NCBI GenBank assembly: GCA_964492965.1
Contig: CAZBME010000001.1
Span: forward strand, 210,705-274,704
Direction of reading: 5' to 3'
DNA from: an uncultured Syntrophaceae bacterium
GTDB lineage: Bacteria > Desulfobacterota > Syntrophia > Syntrophales > UBA8958
Length of the DNA stretch: 64,000 bases
Part shown: positions 27,054 to 36,856 of the stretch, in pieces
How positions within the stretch are numbered: position 1 is the stretch's first letter
Layout of the letters: every line of letters begins with the position of its first letter
Position numbers and translations under genes: made by a program
Notes under the pieces: generated by a model
The model's database searches: none
Told to the model about the DNA's origin: nothing
Seen by the model: only the letters and a program-made list of their open reading frames with translations

Positions 27054-28715
27054 TTATTTTCTGGCCATTTCTTCTTCCCGCAGGATCTTGCGGAGAATCT
27101 TGCCGACCGCTGACTTCGGAATGCCATCGCGAAATTCCACCAATTTCGGAACCTTGTACGGCGCCAGCTTTTCCTTGCAGAATTTAATGATCTCGGCCTC
27201 CGTGGCCGTTTGACCTGCTTTCAAAACAACGAAGACCTTGATGGTTTCTCCCCGATACGGATCGGGAACACCCACCGTAACCGCCTCCGCCACCTTGGGA
27301 TGCCGGTAGAGGACCTCATCCACTTCCCGTGGATAGATATTGAAGCCACCGGCAATGATCATGTCCTTCTTCCTGTCCACGATGGTGATATATCCATCCC
27401 CGTCCATCTGTCCGACATCCCCCGTACGGAGCCAACCGTCCCGCAACTGGAGATTGGTCTCCTCCGGATTGTTCCAGTAACCCAGCATCACGGTAGGCCC
27501 CTTGATGATGATCTCTCCCGGTTCGCCCTGCGGCACATCCTCCGTGCCGTTTTCGAGATCGACAAGGCGGACTTCGTTATCAATGGAAGGTACGCCGATG
27601 GAACCCGTCTTGTGGGCCAGGGCGGGGTTGCTGACCCCCATGGATGTCGTTTCACTCATTCCCCAACCTTCGCTGAAGAAAATCCCCATATCCTTAACCT
27701 TATGAATAAGTTCGACGGGCATGGGGGCTCCCCCGGAATTAAAGTAACGGATCTTTTCCGGAAGTTTCATCTCATCGGCCTTGGGGTGATTGATAATAGC
27801 CGTGATCATGGTCGGCACCGTCGGAAAGAAGGTGATTTGCTCAAAACGGGCAAAAGTGCCGAGCAATTCATCCATGTCGAAGCGGGGCAGCTGAATCTGG
27901 GTCGCCATGCTCAAAAACGCCCAGTTCATGCAGCAGAGATTGCCGTAAATATGGAAATAGGGGATGATGCCCAGAACCGTTCGCTTCTCATGAGGGGTAT
28001 AGGGAATGGTCGAGTTCCCCCACTGGACGCACTGGAAGGTCGCTGCAACGACGTTGCCATGTGACAGGAGAGCGCCTTTGGGCAATCCCGTCGTCCCACC
28101 CGTAAACTGGATCAGGGCCGGATCATCAGGGCTGAAGGCCGTCCGGGGGATTCTTGTATCCATTGAACCGGCCAGGAGTTCCGAGAAGTGGTGCCACCCT
28201 TCTTCCAGTTCCAGATCCTTGGCCGTGCTCACATCAAACGCCTTGATATAGTCCGTCAGTCTTGTCACGATCATCTGCTTGAGCCCCAGTTCAATGGCCA
28301 GGGGCCGCATGGTAGGAAGGGCGCCGTCGAAGGTGATCAATGTTTCCAAATGAGTGTTTTCCATCATGAACTTAAGTTCGTCATGGGTGTATAAAGGGTT
28401 CATATTCACCACAATGGCCCCGGCAGACAGAGCAGCATAGTAGGCGATGATATACTGGGGACAGTTCGGCAGGGCGATGCCGATACGGTCGCCTTTCTTC
28501 ACGCCGAAGCGAATGAAGGCATTGGCCAGACGCAGGACCTGATCGCGCACCTGCCGGAAGGTCAGCTCCGTTCCATAGAAATCGACGGCTGCCTTGTGAG
28601 GAAACTGAGCCGCCGCCAGGTGGACCAGGTTCTGGATGGGGAATTTCGGGTAACGGATGGTGGTGGGAACATTATAATCGTAATTTCTTTGCCAAAAACG
28701 TGTTTCCAACAACAA
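27054..28715 (-). CDS. AMP-forming acyl-CoA ligase (FadD-like)
   Basis: Motifs FTGGTTGLPKGALLSH, GWGMSE, WLRTGDVG and PKSAVGKILRK are present. Three consecutive TTG codons (28715, 28712, 28709) after GGAGG make the start ambiguous by up to 6 nt. Confidence 0.92.
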   Translation of the reverse strand: MLLETRFWQRNYDYNVPTTIRYPKFPIQNLVHLAAAQFPHKAAVDFYGTELTFRQVRDQVLRLANAFIRFGVKKGDRIGIALPNCPQYIIAYYAALSAGAIVVNMNPLYTHDELKFMMENTHLETLITFDGALPTMRPLAIELGLKQMIVTRLTDYIKAFDVSTAKDLELEEGWHHFSELLAGSMDTRIPRTAFSPDDPALIQFTGGTTGLPKGALLSHGNVVAATFQCVQWGNSTIPYTPHEKRTVLGIIPYFHIYGNLCCMNWAFLSMATQIQLPRFDMDELLGTFARFEQITFFPTVPTMITAIINHPKADEMKLPEKIRYFNSGGAPMPVELIHKVKDMGIFFSEGWGMSETTSMGVSNPALAHKTGSIGVPSIDNEVRLVDLENGTEDVPQGEPGEIIIKGPTVMLGYWNNPEETNLQLRDGWLRTGDVGQMDGDGYITIVDRKKDMIIAGGFNIYPREVDEVLYRHPKVAEAVTVGVPDPYRGETIKVFVVLKAGQTATEAEIIKFCKEKLAPYKVPKLVEFRDGIPKSAVGKILRKILREEEMARK

Positions 28716-28739
28716 CTACCTCCTGAATCAATCAATCTT

Positions 28740-28756
28740 TGCATGGTGGCATCCAT
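28740..28756 (-). promoter_or_regulatory. candidate sigma-54 promoter of the ligase-to-GRE operon
   Basis: The minus strand reads ATGGATG-CCACC-ATGCA, with GG and GC at the canonical 12-nt register. The -24 half is weaker (TGGATG) and the leader would be very short. Confidence 0.4.
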
Positions 28757-29283
28757 TCTGAAAAAGGTCACACAAACCGGGAATTCCACCATCGGGGCCA
28801 TCTACCGGGAGAACAATAATTCATGCCGCCCTGATGCAAGCTTCTGTAAAATTGGGGAAGCCATTGCATTGTGCGTACCAGAACGGCAGAATCTTTCTAA
28901 CATGCTTATTTAACTTATTTATTTAATTAGGCGAAAGGCGACGATCTCATGATTAGCGATATTGATGTTTCAGTATCGTTGCAAACATCATCGCCATTGT
29001 AACTGATATGTAACGTTTATGAAACATTCACACCTCCGCAACCGCGGCGAATGCATCAGATTTGCTGGTTATTAAAAGCTCCTTGGGGCCGCTTACGCAT
29101 GCCTATGTGCTTTAGACTATATTGAGTGATTAATTGATATTTGTGTAAGGTATTTTTGCTTAGGGGTAAAAGTTACTATTTCGCAGAGAACCATTTAACA
29201 TTTTAGATCTTCGGTACGAGTCGGGATTGCACCTTTCAGCCATACTTTTCTTCATTCATAGAGCTTATACGAAATTTCTTCCG

Positions 29284-30519
29284 TCAGAAAGCTTTCGAGG
29301 TCCTGTGTTTCCAGGGCTCCGGCACCCAGAGATGGACAATCGCCAATGCAATGGCTGCGCCTGCGGCTGCCGTCAGGAAGACCCCGTTGAATCCATAGAT
29401 ATCAGTGATGACGCCTCCAAAGATGGCGCCGATGGTACTGCTCTCCTGGCTGAGACTGCTGGCCAGCCCCTGGCCGAAGCCGCGCAATTCGGGCTTGACG
29501 AGATCGGCAATCATGGTGCGGATGACCGTGAGGAGGACAACGATGCTGATGCTGTCTATAATGCGCACCATCATAACATGCTCATAGGAGGTGACGAACG
29601 TGTAGGCAAGCATGGTAACACCGCTAAGAAACATGCCGACCAGGAAAGTGGGTTTCCGCCCCACTTTGTCGGCACAGTATCCGCAAACGGGGGCAAAGAT
29701 GATGGTGCACAGGGCGCGAACGGCAAACAGATAGCTCATGCTGCTCATGTTCAGATGAAGGTTGTTTTTCAGAAAGAGGCTGAAGAGAGGGTCCACCATG
29801 GTATAGCCGACACGGTAGATGACAACGGCCGCAAGGAAGATCAGGTAGATTCGCCCAAGACTCTTTGTCTGCAGGAGGAATGTCCGGATACATTCCGGCA
29901 TGCCTTTTCCCCCGGCTGCCTTGACGTACGGCACCGTGCTTTTATCCAGGGTTTCCTTGACGAAGAAGAAAACAAACAGGCTGATAAGGCTGAATATCCC
30001 GCAGAAGATGAAGTAGGTGATAAAGTCGGACGCCTCGACAAAATATCCGGCAAAGATGGGGCCGATGAGCTGGCCGATGCCGCTGCTCACGCTGAAGAGA
30101 GCCACCGCACGTCCCAGTTGCATGGGCGGGAATGTGTCCGCGGCCATGGAGATGACGATCACGGGAATCATGAAAAAGGCAAAGCCTTCGATGAATCGCA
30201 GGACAAAGAAGGTAAGGAAGCTCTTGCCGAGAAAGGCGAAAAGAAAAAATACGATGCCGTAGAGGAATGCCCCAAGGATCAGGAACGGTTTGCGGCCATA
30301 CTTGTCACTCAGTTTACCGGCAAAGATACCGCTCGCAACCCCCCCAAAGGTGCCGATACTTATGAGAACACCGACCCCGGCGTTGGATATCCCGTAATCC
30401 TGGAAAAAAATGGGGAGTACCATGTAAATTGTAGAGGAGGTTATTTGAAGACCGACACAACTCAGAATCAAAATCCAGTAGTTGCGTTTCTGGTCTTTCG
30501 TGGGGCTAAGCGCGATCAT
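29284..30519 (-). CDS. MFS transporter (second one in the locus)
   Basis: The 411-aa protein has 12 TM segments and the MFS loop motifs GKLSDKYGRKPF and ADKVGRKPTF. The 445-aa plus-strand track ORF over it is antisense noise. Confidence 0.88.
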   Translation of the reverse strand: MIALSPTKDQKRNYWILILSCVGLQITSSTIYMVLPIFFQDYGISNAGVGVLISIGTFGGVASGIFAGKLSDKYGRKPFLILGAFLYGIVFFLFAFLGKSFLTFFVLRFIEGFAFFMIPVIVISMAADTFPPMQLGRAVALFSVSSGIGQLIGPIFAGYFVEASDFITYFIFCGIFSLISLFVFFFVKETLDKSTVPYVKAAGGKGMPECIRTFLLQTKSLGRIYLIFLAAVVIYRVGYTMVDPLFSLFLKNNLHLNMSSMSYLFAVRALCTIIFAPVCGYCADKVGRKPTFLVGMFLSGVTMLAYTFVTSYEHVMMVRIIDSISIVVLLTVIRTMIADLVKPELRGFGQGLASSLSQESSTIGAIFGGVITDIYGFNGVFLTAAAGAAIALAIVHLWVPEPWKHRTSKAF

Positions 30520-30693
30520 GAAGGGGCATATACTATGGATAGACGGGGATGTCGATGTAAATGAGCAATAACAGATAAAGCTATCAAAAGCGTATTCAGC
30601 CGTCTCCTCCCAATATTTATTAAATGAAAACTGATGGGAGAAGATTTAAGCCCCCGCTGTGACAGTTGTGCATCCCGGAGCAAGCTAATGCAT

Positions 30694-30722
30694 TTGTGTC
30701 TGGTTTTGGGGGCTGGTATAAT
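30694..30722 (+). promoter_or_regulatory. possible sigma-70 extended -10 promoter for the AcoR-type activator gene
   Basis: TTGTGT-N17-TATAAT, with TGG immediately upstream of the -10 hexamer, lies about 175 nt upstream of the ATG at 30896. Confidence 0.3.
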
Positions 30723-30895
30723 GGACACTGGCAGATCCGCCATCTCATGCTGAAGAACTTTTTCACTTGCTTTATCACATATTTTATGTTCCAGAGGCGT
30801 TCCACGATACATTCCATTGTGGAACATAATAGAAACTATTTTGAAACACTATGCTTATGTATAGCACCGAGAATAGATGGAAAGGAGAAAGCGGG

Positions 30896-32941
30896 ATGGC
30901 CGTTCAAAAACCCGGGACCAAGCATCCGTCACCGAATGAGCCGATCAAATTGGATGCAGTCTATGAGGATCGTTATAAGAGAACCTATCTGGAATGGAAA
31001 AAATATATCAAAGGGGCCGATCATGTCGATCCCGCTATCGTCCCCGAAGAGGTTCTGGAATCCTGGCATCGTTGCCGCCTGCTGAACGTCGATCCCCTGG
31101 GCAAACCAAACCATAAAATACTGACCGGAAATAACCTTCAGAAATTACTGTCAGACAACAAAGAATTTATCTCCATCAGCAATCCTTTCCTGGTCAATCT
31201 TTATCGATTCGTGAAAGGGTCCCGATTTGTCGTCGGCCTTTTCGATCGTGAGGGATACGTGCTTGATATCATGCAGGACAATGATGAGGCGATAGAGGAA
31301 AACCTCAACATGCAATGGCTACCGGGCGTTCGTTGGGATGAGAAATGCGCCGGAAACAACGCCGCCGGAACGGTCCTCGCATCAAAAAAGCCTATCCGGA
31401 TCTTCGGGACCCAGCACTACAACAAGACCTTCCACAAATTGACGGTTTCCAGCGCCCCCATTTTCAATCCCGAAGGCGAACTGATAGGCGGCATTACCCT
31501 GTCAGCCTTTTATTACGGCACAAACCCCCATACCCTGGGCATGGCCGTTGCCGCGGCTCAAGCCATTGAAAACGAGCTTCGGGCACAGAAAGCCCTGACT
31601 GAATGCAAAGCCGCCTTTGCAGAAACTGAAATAGCCTACAGTTTGCAGAAAACCGTCATTGAGTCCATCCCGGAGGCGCTGGTTGCCATAAACGGCAAGG
31701 GATATATCTCTATTATTAACGACAAGGCCCGGGACAAGTTTTACCTCAAGGACCGGAACATCGAGGGGAAGCATATACGAAACATCAGCGGAGAGATCAA
31801 TCACCGGTTCCTCAGTATGATCGAAACGGATGAACCCTTCACGGATGCCGAGGTCAGAATCTTTCATAAAAATGGCTACAACGATTACACACTCACCTGC
31901 AATCCCATACGAACGCCCACGGGAAAGATCATGGGCAAAATTCTAATCTTCTCCGAAATCAAACGGATCAAAACCCTGGTCACCAGAATGATCGGCGCCA
32001 AGGCAAACATACGCTTCGAGGATATCTGCGGCCGTAACCCCCGGTTCCAGATGACCCTGGAACAGGCGCGCCTGATCTCTCAAAGCAGCTCCAATGCCCT
32101 TCTTTTGGGTGAAAGCGGCACGGGAAAAGACATCTTTGCCCAGGCCATTCATAACGCCAGCCAACGCAAAGACGGTCCTTACGTGGCCATCAATTGTGCG
32201 GCAATTCCGCGGGATCTCATTACCAGCGAACTTTTTGGGTATTCCGAGGGGGCCTTCACAGGATCACGGCGCGGCGGCAATCAGGGCAAATTCGAGCTGG
32301 CCGACGGCGGCACTATCTTTCTCGATGAAATCGCCGAGACGCCTCTTGAATTGCAGGCAGTCCTCCTTCGCGTCATAGAGGATAAATCCATCATCCGCAT
32401 CGGAGGAAGCAGGGTCCGGCCGGTAGATACAAGGATCATCGCCGCAACGAACAAAGACCTTCTCGAAGAGGTCCGCAAAGGCAACTTCAGGAAAGATCTA
32501 TACTACCGCCTGAATGTTTTCACGATCCATATGCTGCCCCTGACGGAGAGGCTTGACGATATTCCCCTTCTGGTGGATGTTTTTATGAAGAAATACGGCA
32601 AAACCTTAGGAAAGAATATTAGCCCCCTTGATGAAAAGATCATGGAGGCTTTCATGCGATATTCATGGCCCGGCAATGTCCGGGAGCTGCAAAATGTGAT
32701 TGAAAGAATGATGAATTATGCCCGCTCAGATGAGTTGACCACCGATCTCATCCCGTCGGAAATCCTCAATACCCGTCATGCCACCGGTTCGGACATGGAG
32801 ATGGAGTCGCCCGGGGATACGGAACGAAAGTTAATCAGTCGCATGCTGAGCCTGAAGTTCCGTAAAAAACAGATCGCCGAGCGAATGAATATTTCCCGTA
32901 CAACACTTTTCCGCAAGATGAAGGAATATAGGCTGTCGTGA
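30896..32941 (+). CDS. sigma-54-dependent transcriptional activator, AcoR-like (N-terminal GAF-like sensor, PAS, AAA+, Fis HTH)
   Basis: The AcoR-type N-terminus contains VLESWHRCRLLNVDP. AAA+ motifs are GESGTGKD, ELFGYSEGAFTGS and RVIEDKSIIRIGG. The C-terminal HTH reads IAERMNISRTTLFRKMKEY. I place the start at the ATG at 30896, 8 nt after AAAGGAG. Confidence 0.9.
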   Translation: MAVQKPGTKHPSPNEPIKLDAVYEDRYKRTYLEWKKYIKGADHVDPAIVPEEVLESWHRCRLLNVDPLGKPNHKILTGNNLQKLLSDNKEFISISNPFLVNLYRFVKGSRFVVGLFDREGYVLDIMQDNDEAIEENLNMQWLPGVRWDEKCAGNNAAGTVLASKKPIRIFGTQHYNKTFHKLTVSSAPIFNPEGELIGGITLSAFYYGTNPHTLGMAVAAAQAIENELRAQKALTECKAAFAETEIAYSLQKTVIESIPEALVAINGKGYISIINDKARDKFYLKDRNIEGKHIRNISGEINHRFLSMIETDEPFTDAEVRIFHKNGYNDYTLTCNPIRTPTGKIMGKILIFSEIKRIKTLVTRMIGAKANIRFEDICGRNPRFQMTLEQARLISQSSSNALLLGESGTGKDIFAQAIHNASQRKDGPYVAINCAAIPRDLITSELFGYSEGAFTGSRRGGNQGKFELADGGTIFLDEIAETPLELQAVLLRVIEDKSIIRIGGSRVRPVDTRIIAATNKDLLEEVRKGNFRKDLYYRLNVFTIHMLPLTERLDDIPLLVDVFMKKYGKTLGKNISPLDEKIMEAFMRYSWPGNVRELQNVIERMMNYARSDELTTDLIPSEILNTRHATGSDMEMESPGDTERKLISRMLSLKFRKKQIAERMNISRTTLFRKMKEYRLS

Positions 32942-33039
32942 TGATGAGATGTGCAGAGGGGTTTCCGGGGGAGAGCCTGTTAGGCGGCGTTCCATTCGCT
33001 ATCGCAACATTGAGCAAACCTGAGGCACATGAACAGTAT

Positions 33040-33076
33040 GCGGAGAGGCGAAGGGAGGAGTAGCAATCCTCTCCGC
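33040..33076. terminator. hairpin between convergent genes (possible terminator)
   Basis: GCGGAGAGG-(19 nt)-CCTCTCCGC forms a 9-bp stem. No clear U-tract follows it. Confidence 0.4.
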
Positions 33077-33135
33077 ACGCCGTCATGGCATCAACATTAA
33101 TCTGTGAAGCTTTCTTTGAGAACCATTTTTAAATA

Positions 33136-34293
33136 TCAAGCCCTGTTTTGAGCAAAACCCATGGTCGCGTTGGCTACGATCATGGTGTGCATGTTGGATG
33201 TTCCCTCAAGGGTTTCGAATTGTTTCGAATCACGGAGATAACGTCCACAGGGGTACTCATCGGAATAGCCATACGAGCCATGCAGTTTCATACATTCATT
33301 GGCATCGTGAACGACAATCTTCGCCCCATAAAGCTTGGACATGGAGGTCTCCATGACGTTGGGCAGCCCTTTATCTTTTAGCCAGCCCGCCTTGTACACC
33401 AAGGCCGCCAATGTTTCGTGTCCAACCTTCATTTCTGCAATCTGCTGCTGAATCAGTTGGTATTTGCCGATCACCTGGCCAAACTGCGATCTTTCTGTGG
33501 CGTATTTGACGGCGGCATCCAGAATAGCGCCGGAAAGCCCCAATGAGCCGGCAGAACAGCCAAGACGGGTGGAATTGAGTTGAGCCATACAAATCTGGAA
33601 CCCTCTGTTGACCTTACCCAGGACAAGGCTCTTCGGGACCTTCACATCCTCAAAAGCGATTTCGGCTGTGTCGGAAGCCCACAAACCCACCTTATCATGA
33701 AGCTTACGCCGCGTGATACCGGGAAGGCTGTAATCCATAAGGAAACAGGTTACGCCATTGGCGCCGGCATCCTTATCCGTTTTGACGTACAGAAGGCCGT
33801 GATTGCAGATCGTGCCGTTGGTGATGAACATCTTGTTGCCGTTGATCAGGTAGTAATCGCCTTTATCCTCGGCGCGGCATTGCATGCCGGCAACATCAGA
33901 GCCGATATTGGGTTCCGTCATGGCGAAACTGCCGATATATTCGCCGCTGACAAATTTGGGAATGTAATGCTGCTTCTGCTCTTCCGTTCCAAACTTCTGG
34001 ATTGTCAGCGACGGTCCCCAGCATTGCATATTAAAGGCCATCCGCCAGGATGTATGGACTTTGGCAACCTGCTCGATAACCAGGGCGCCTTCCAGGAAGC
34101 CCATGCCGTTTCCGCCGTACTTCTCATCAATTGAAAATCCAAAGAATCCAAGCTCCGCCATCTTGTCGAAGATCTCTTTACGCCAGTGCTGGTTCTTCTC
34201 GTCTTCCTCTACATGGGGACCGATTTCATTTTCGGCAAAATTCTTTGCCATATCCTGTATCATTACTTGTTCTTCCGTTAATGCAAAATTCAT
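33136..34293 (-). CDS. acyl-CoA dehydrogenase
   Basis: ACAD N-terminal, middle and C-terminal domain pattern is present: MTEPNIGSDV, FITNG, and the C-terminal LEGTSNMHTMIVA. Confidence 0.9.
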   Translation of the reverse strand: MNFALTEEQVMIQDMAKNFAENEIGPHVEEDEKNQHWRKEIFDKMAELGFFGFSIDEKYGGNGMGFLEGALVIEQVAKVHTSWRMAFNMQCWGPSLTIQKFGTEEQKQHYIPKFVSGEYIGSFAMTEPNIGSDVAGMQCRAEDKGDYYLINGNKMFITNGTICNHGLLYVKTDKDAGANGVTCFLMDYSLPGITRRKLHDKVGLWASDTAEIAFEDVKVPKSLVLGKVNRGFQICMAQLNSTRLGCSAGSLGLSGAILDAAVKYATERSQFGQVIGKYQLIQQQIAEMKVGHETLAALVYKAGWLKDKGLPNVMETSMSKLYGAKIVVHDANECMKLHGSYGYSDEYPCGRYLRDSKQFETLEGTSNMHTMIVANATMGFAQNRA

Positions 34294-34322
34294 ATTAGGT
34301 CTCCTTTTTTAAATTCGTGTGC

Positions 34323-35588
34323 TCACTTTTTTTCCACAACCAGGCAGATGCCCTGCCCACCGCCGCCGCAGATCGTTTCCAGGCCGAAACGGGCCTCACT
34401 ACGCTGCATCTCGTACAGCAAAGTGGTCAGACGCATGGTCCCCGTAGCTCCAATGGGATGCCCCAGGGAGATGCCCGAACCATTGATATTGACCCTGGCA
34501 TCCATCTGTTCATCACTGAGGCCTGTCAGACGTGCATCGGCAATGCACTGGACGGCAAAGGCTTCCTGGACTTCGATCAGATCAATCTGATCGATCGTCA
34601 TGCCGATTTTATGGAGGGCCTTGTTGACTGCAGCCGGTACTGCCGGATAGGTTACCGTGGGATCTGTCGCTGCCACGGCACAGGAGCGGAAATAAGCCAG
34701 AGGTTTTGCCCCCAGCTCCCTGGCCTTTTTTTCCGAAGCCAACACAAGCACGGCCGCCCCGTCATTTTCCGAAGATGAATTCCCGGCGGTGCAGACGCCA
34801 TCGGCATAGACGGGTTTCAATTTGGCCAGCTTTTCCAGCGTTGTTTCCCGCCGGGGACCCTCATCCGTATCAAAATAGATCGTTTCGCCCGTTTTCCCTT
34901 TGCCGACGGGAACAGCAACAATCTCATCCTTGAACTTTCCCGCATCCTGAGCGGCAATCGCGCGCTGGTGGCTGCGATAGGCCCATCGATCGGCTTCTTC
35001 CCTGGTCACCTTTTCCAGTTTCGCCGCCGCTTCCGCCCAGGCCATCATTGAACTCAACTCACCGTAGCGATCAACCGGTTGTGACATAACACGGGCGCGT
35101 TGAATGCGGTCATATAAAGGGATGCCCCACATGGCCAGGGCTCCATGCCCTTTAGGCATAAAACCATATTTTTCATGATTCTTGCCGCCGAGGCCCCACT
35201 TGATATCGCCGGGGATGTAAAGTTCTCCCTGGCTCATGCTGTCCATGCCGCCTGCAATGACGATATCGGCATTACCCGTCTGTATCTTCATGACACCCCA
35301 GAAAACGGATTCCAGGCCGGAACAGCAGCGGCGATCCAGGACGACACCCGGAACCGTATCGGGCCAACCGGCCTCCAATACAGCCATACGGGCGCCGTTG
35401 GCGCACTCGCCGTTCTGATAGGCACTGCCCATGATGACATCTTCTACTGTGGACGGATCGATCCCTGCCTTGCGAACCGCCTCCTGAAGGACCAGACTGC
35501 CAAGTTGATACACAGGAACATTCTTGAGAGCTCCGCCGTAACCGCCAATAGGCGTTCTAGCGCAGCTGAGGATCACTACATTTTCCAT
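34323..35588 (-). CDS. thiolase-family acetyl-CoA acyltransferase (longer than typical, with an internal insertion)
   Basis: Motifs RRCCSGLES (nucleophilic Cys), NGSGISLGHPIGATG and ICGGGGQG are present. I place the start at the ATG at 35588 after AAAGGTGAG. Confidence 0.88.
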   Translation of the reverse strand: MENVVILSCARTPIGGYGGALKNVPVYQLGSLVLQEAVRKAGIDPSTVEDVIMGSAYQNGECANGARMAVLEAGWPDTVPGVVLDRRCCSGLESVFWGVMKIQTGNADIVIAGGMDSMSQGELYIPGDIKWGLGGKNHEKYGFMPKGHGALAMWGIPLYDRIQRARVMSQPVDRYGELSSMMAWAEAAAKLEKVTREEADRWAYRSHQRAIAAQDAGKFKDEIVAVPVGKGKTGETIYFDTDEGPRRETTLEKLAKLKPVYADGVCTAGNSSSENDGAAVLVLASEKKARELGAKPLAYFRSCAVAATDPTVTYPAVPAAVNKALHKIGMTIDQIDLIEVQEAFAVQCIADARLTGLSDEQMDARVNINGSGISLGHPIGATGTMRLTTLLYEMQRSEARFGLETICGGGGQGICLVVEKK

Positions 35589-35662
35589 ATTTCTCTCACC
35601 TTTCATTTGATTGATCATTGTTTATTATTCTATACCGTAATCAACGCTTCCCCCTGGACTGA

Positions 35663-36550
35663 TCAAATATTCAGATCCGTGCGTGGTTGCTTTTCACCCG
35701 AGGAATAGTCATACCATCCTTTCCCGGTCTTTCGGCCAAGGTCGCCCGATGCAACCATTTTCTTCAGAATCAGGGAAGGCGCAAATTTGGGATCTTTATA
35801 GCTGTCCCACATCGTTTCCAGCACTGCGAGGCCGATTTCAAGACCGACAAAATCGTTGAGTTCGAAGGGGCCCATGGGATGATTCAGACCGAACTTCATG
35901 GCCGTATCGATATCTTCAATCGATGCCACACCTTCAGCCAGGCATTTATATACCTCGCAGCGTAGAGCCGCATTGACCCGATTGACCAGGAAACCCGGGC
36001 CATCCTTCACATACACAGGCTTTTTCCCGAGCTTCTCCGCAAGATCTCTGATGATCTGGGCCGTTTCCGGGGAAGTCTTTAATCCTCTGATGACCTCGAC
36101 CAGTTTCATTACTGGAACGGGGCTGAAGAAGTGCATGCCGGCGAACTTCTCGGGACGCTTTGTGGCGGCCGCCAGATCGGTAATAGGAATCGATGACGTG
36201 TTGCTGGCAAAGATAACGTGAGGAGGACATATCTCATCCAGCTTCTTGAACAGTTCCACTTTGGCCTGTTTGTTTTCGAAGATGACTTCAATGACCAGAT
36301 CGCAATCCTTGGCCGGCGTCAATGCTGTCGTTGTCGTAATTCTACCCAGAATGGCCGCTTTATCATCCTCGGTCAATTTCCCTTTAGTCACATTGCCCGT
36401 CAGATTCTTTTGAATGATATTGACGCCCTTCTGCAGGAATTCCTCATTGATATCCTGCATCACTACCCCATAGCCGGCGGCGGCGGAAACCTGCGCGATC
36501 CCCGATCCCATGAAACCCGCGCCAATAACCATAATATTCCTTATTTCCAT
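35663..36550 (-). CDS. hbd: 3-hydroxybutyryl-CoA dehydrogenase
   Basis: MEIRNIMVIGAGFMGSGIAQV (Rossmann) and the HADH signature region are present. The start at 36550 follows GGAGGAAG. The track ORF extension to 36709 is non-coding leader. Confidence 0.9.
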   Translation of the reverse strand: MEIRNIMVIGAGFMGSGIAQVSAAAGYGVVMQDINEEFLQKGVNIIQKNLTGNVTKGKLTEDDKAAILGRITTTTALTPAKDCDLVIEVIFENKQAKVELFKKLDEICPPHVIFASNTSSIPITDLAAATKRPEKFAGMHFFSPVPVMKLVEVIRGLKTSPETAQIIRDLAEKLGKKPVYVKDGPGFLVNRVNAALRCEVYKCLAEGVASIEDIDTAMKFGLNHPMGPFELNDFVGLEIGLAVLETMWDSYKDPKFAPSLILKKMVASGDLGRKTGKGWYDYSSGEKQPRTDLNI

Positions 36551-36644
36551 TATCTTCCTCCATTCCCTTGATTGGTTCAATTTCCCAAGCACAACCCGCT
36601 TCCATGTTATTTGGCATACAAACATCTTGCTTGCGAAGCTAAGA

Positions 36645-36660
36645 GCAAAGACCATACCAG
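36645..36660 (-). promoter_or_regulatory. sigma-54 promoter of the hbd-thiolase-ACAD operon
   Basis: The minus strand reads CTGGTAT-GGTCT-TTGCT (nifH-like TGGTAT-N5-TTGC) in the canonical register, about 95 nt upstream of hbd. Confidence 0.7.
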
Positions 36661-36856
36661 GCGGCTGCTTGCATGAATCTTGATAATCGCAACACGGAAA
36701 ATTAATCATATATTTAAAGGCTATACATCCGGAAGGCAGATATTTTTCATTTTCCGATGACGAGTATAATATTCAATCATGAACCTTTTTTATAATCTAA
36801 CTTGACTTTGAATCCGTATTATTGTATCCTTTAGATACATAGGAGATTGTGGAAGT

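Noticed and set aside
28953-28995. A bulged hairpin, GCGAT(AT)TGATGTTT...AAACATCATCGC, lies in the long non-coding region upstream of the ligase gene. A 17-codon mini-ORF overlaps it.
   Set aside because: It could be an EBP site or a terminator for the upstream MFS gene. There is no U-tract, no second copy and no SD for the mini-ORF, so the evidence is insufficient to annotate it.
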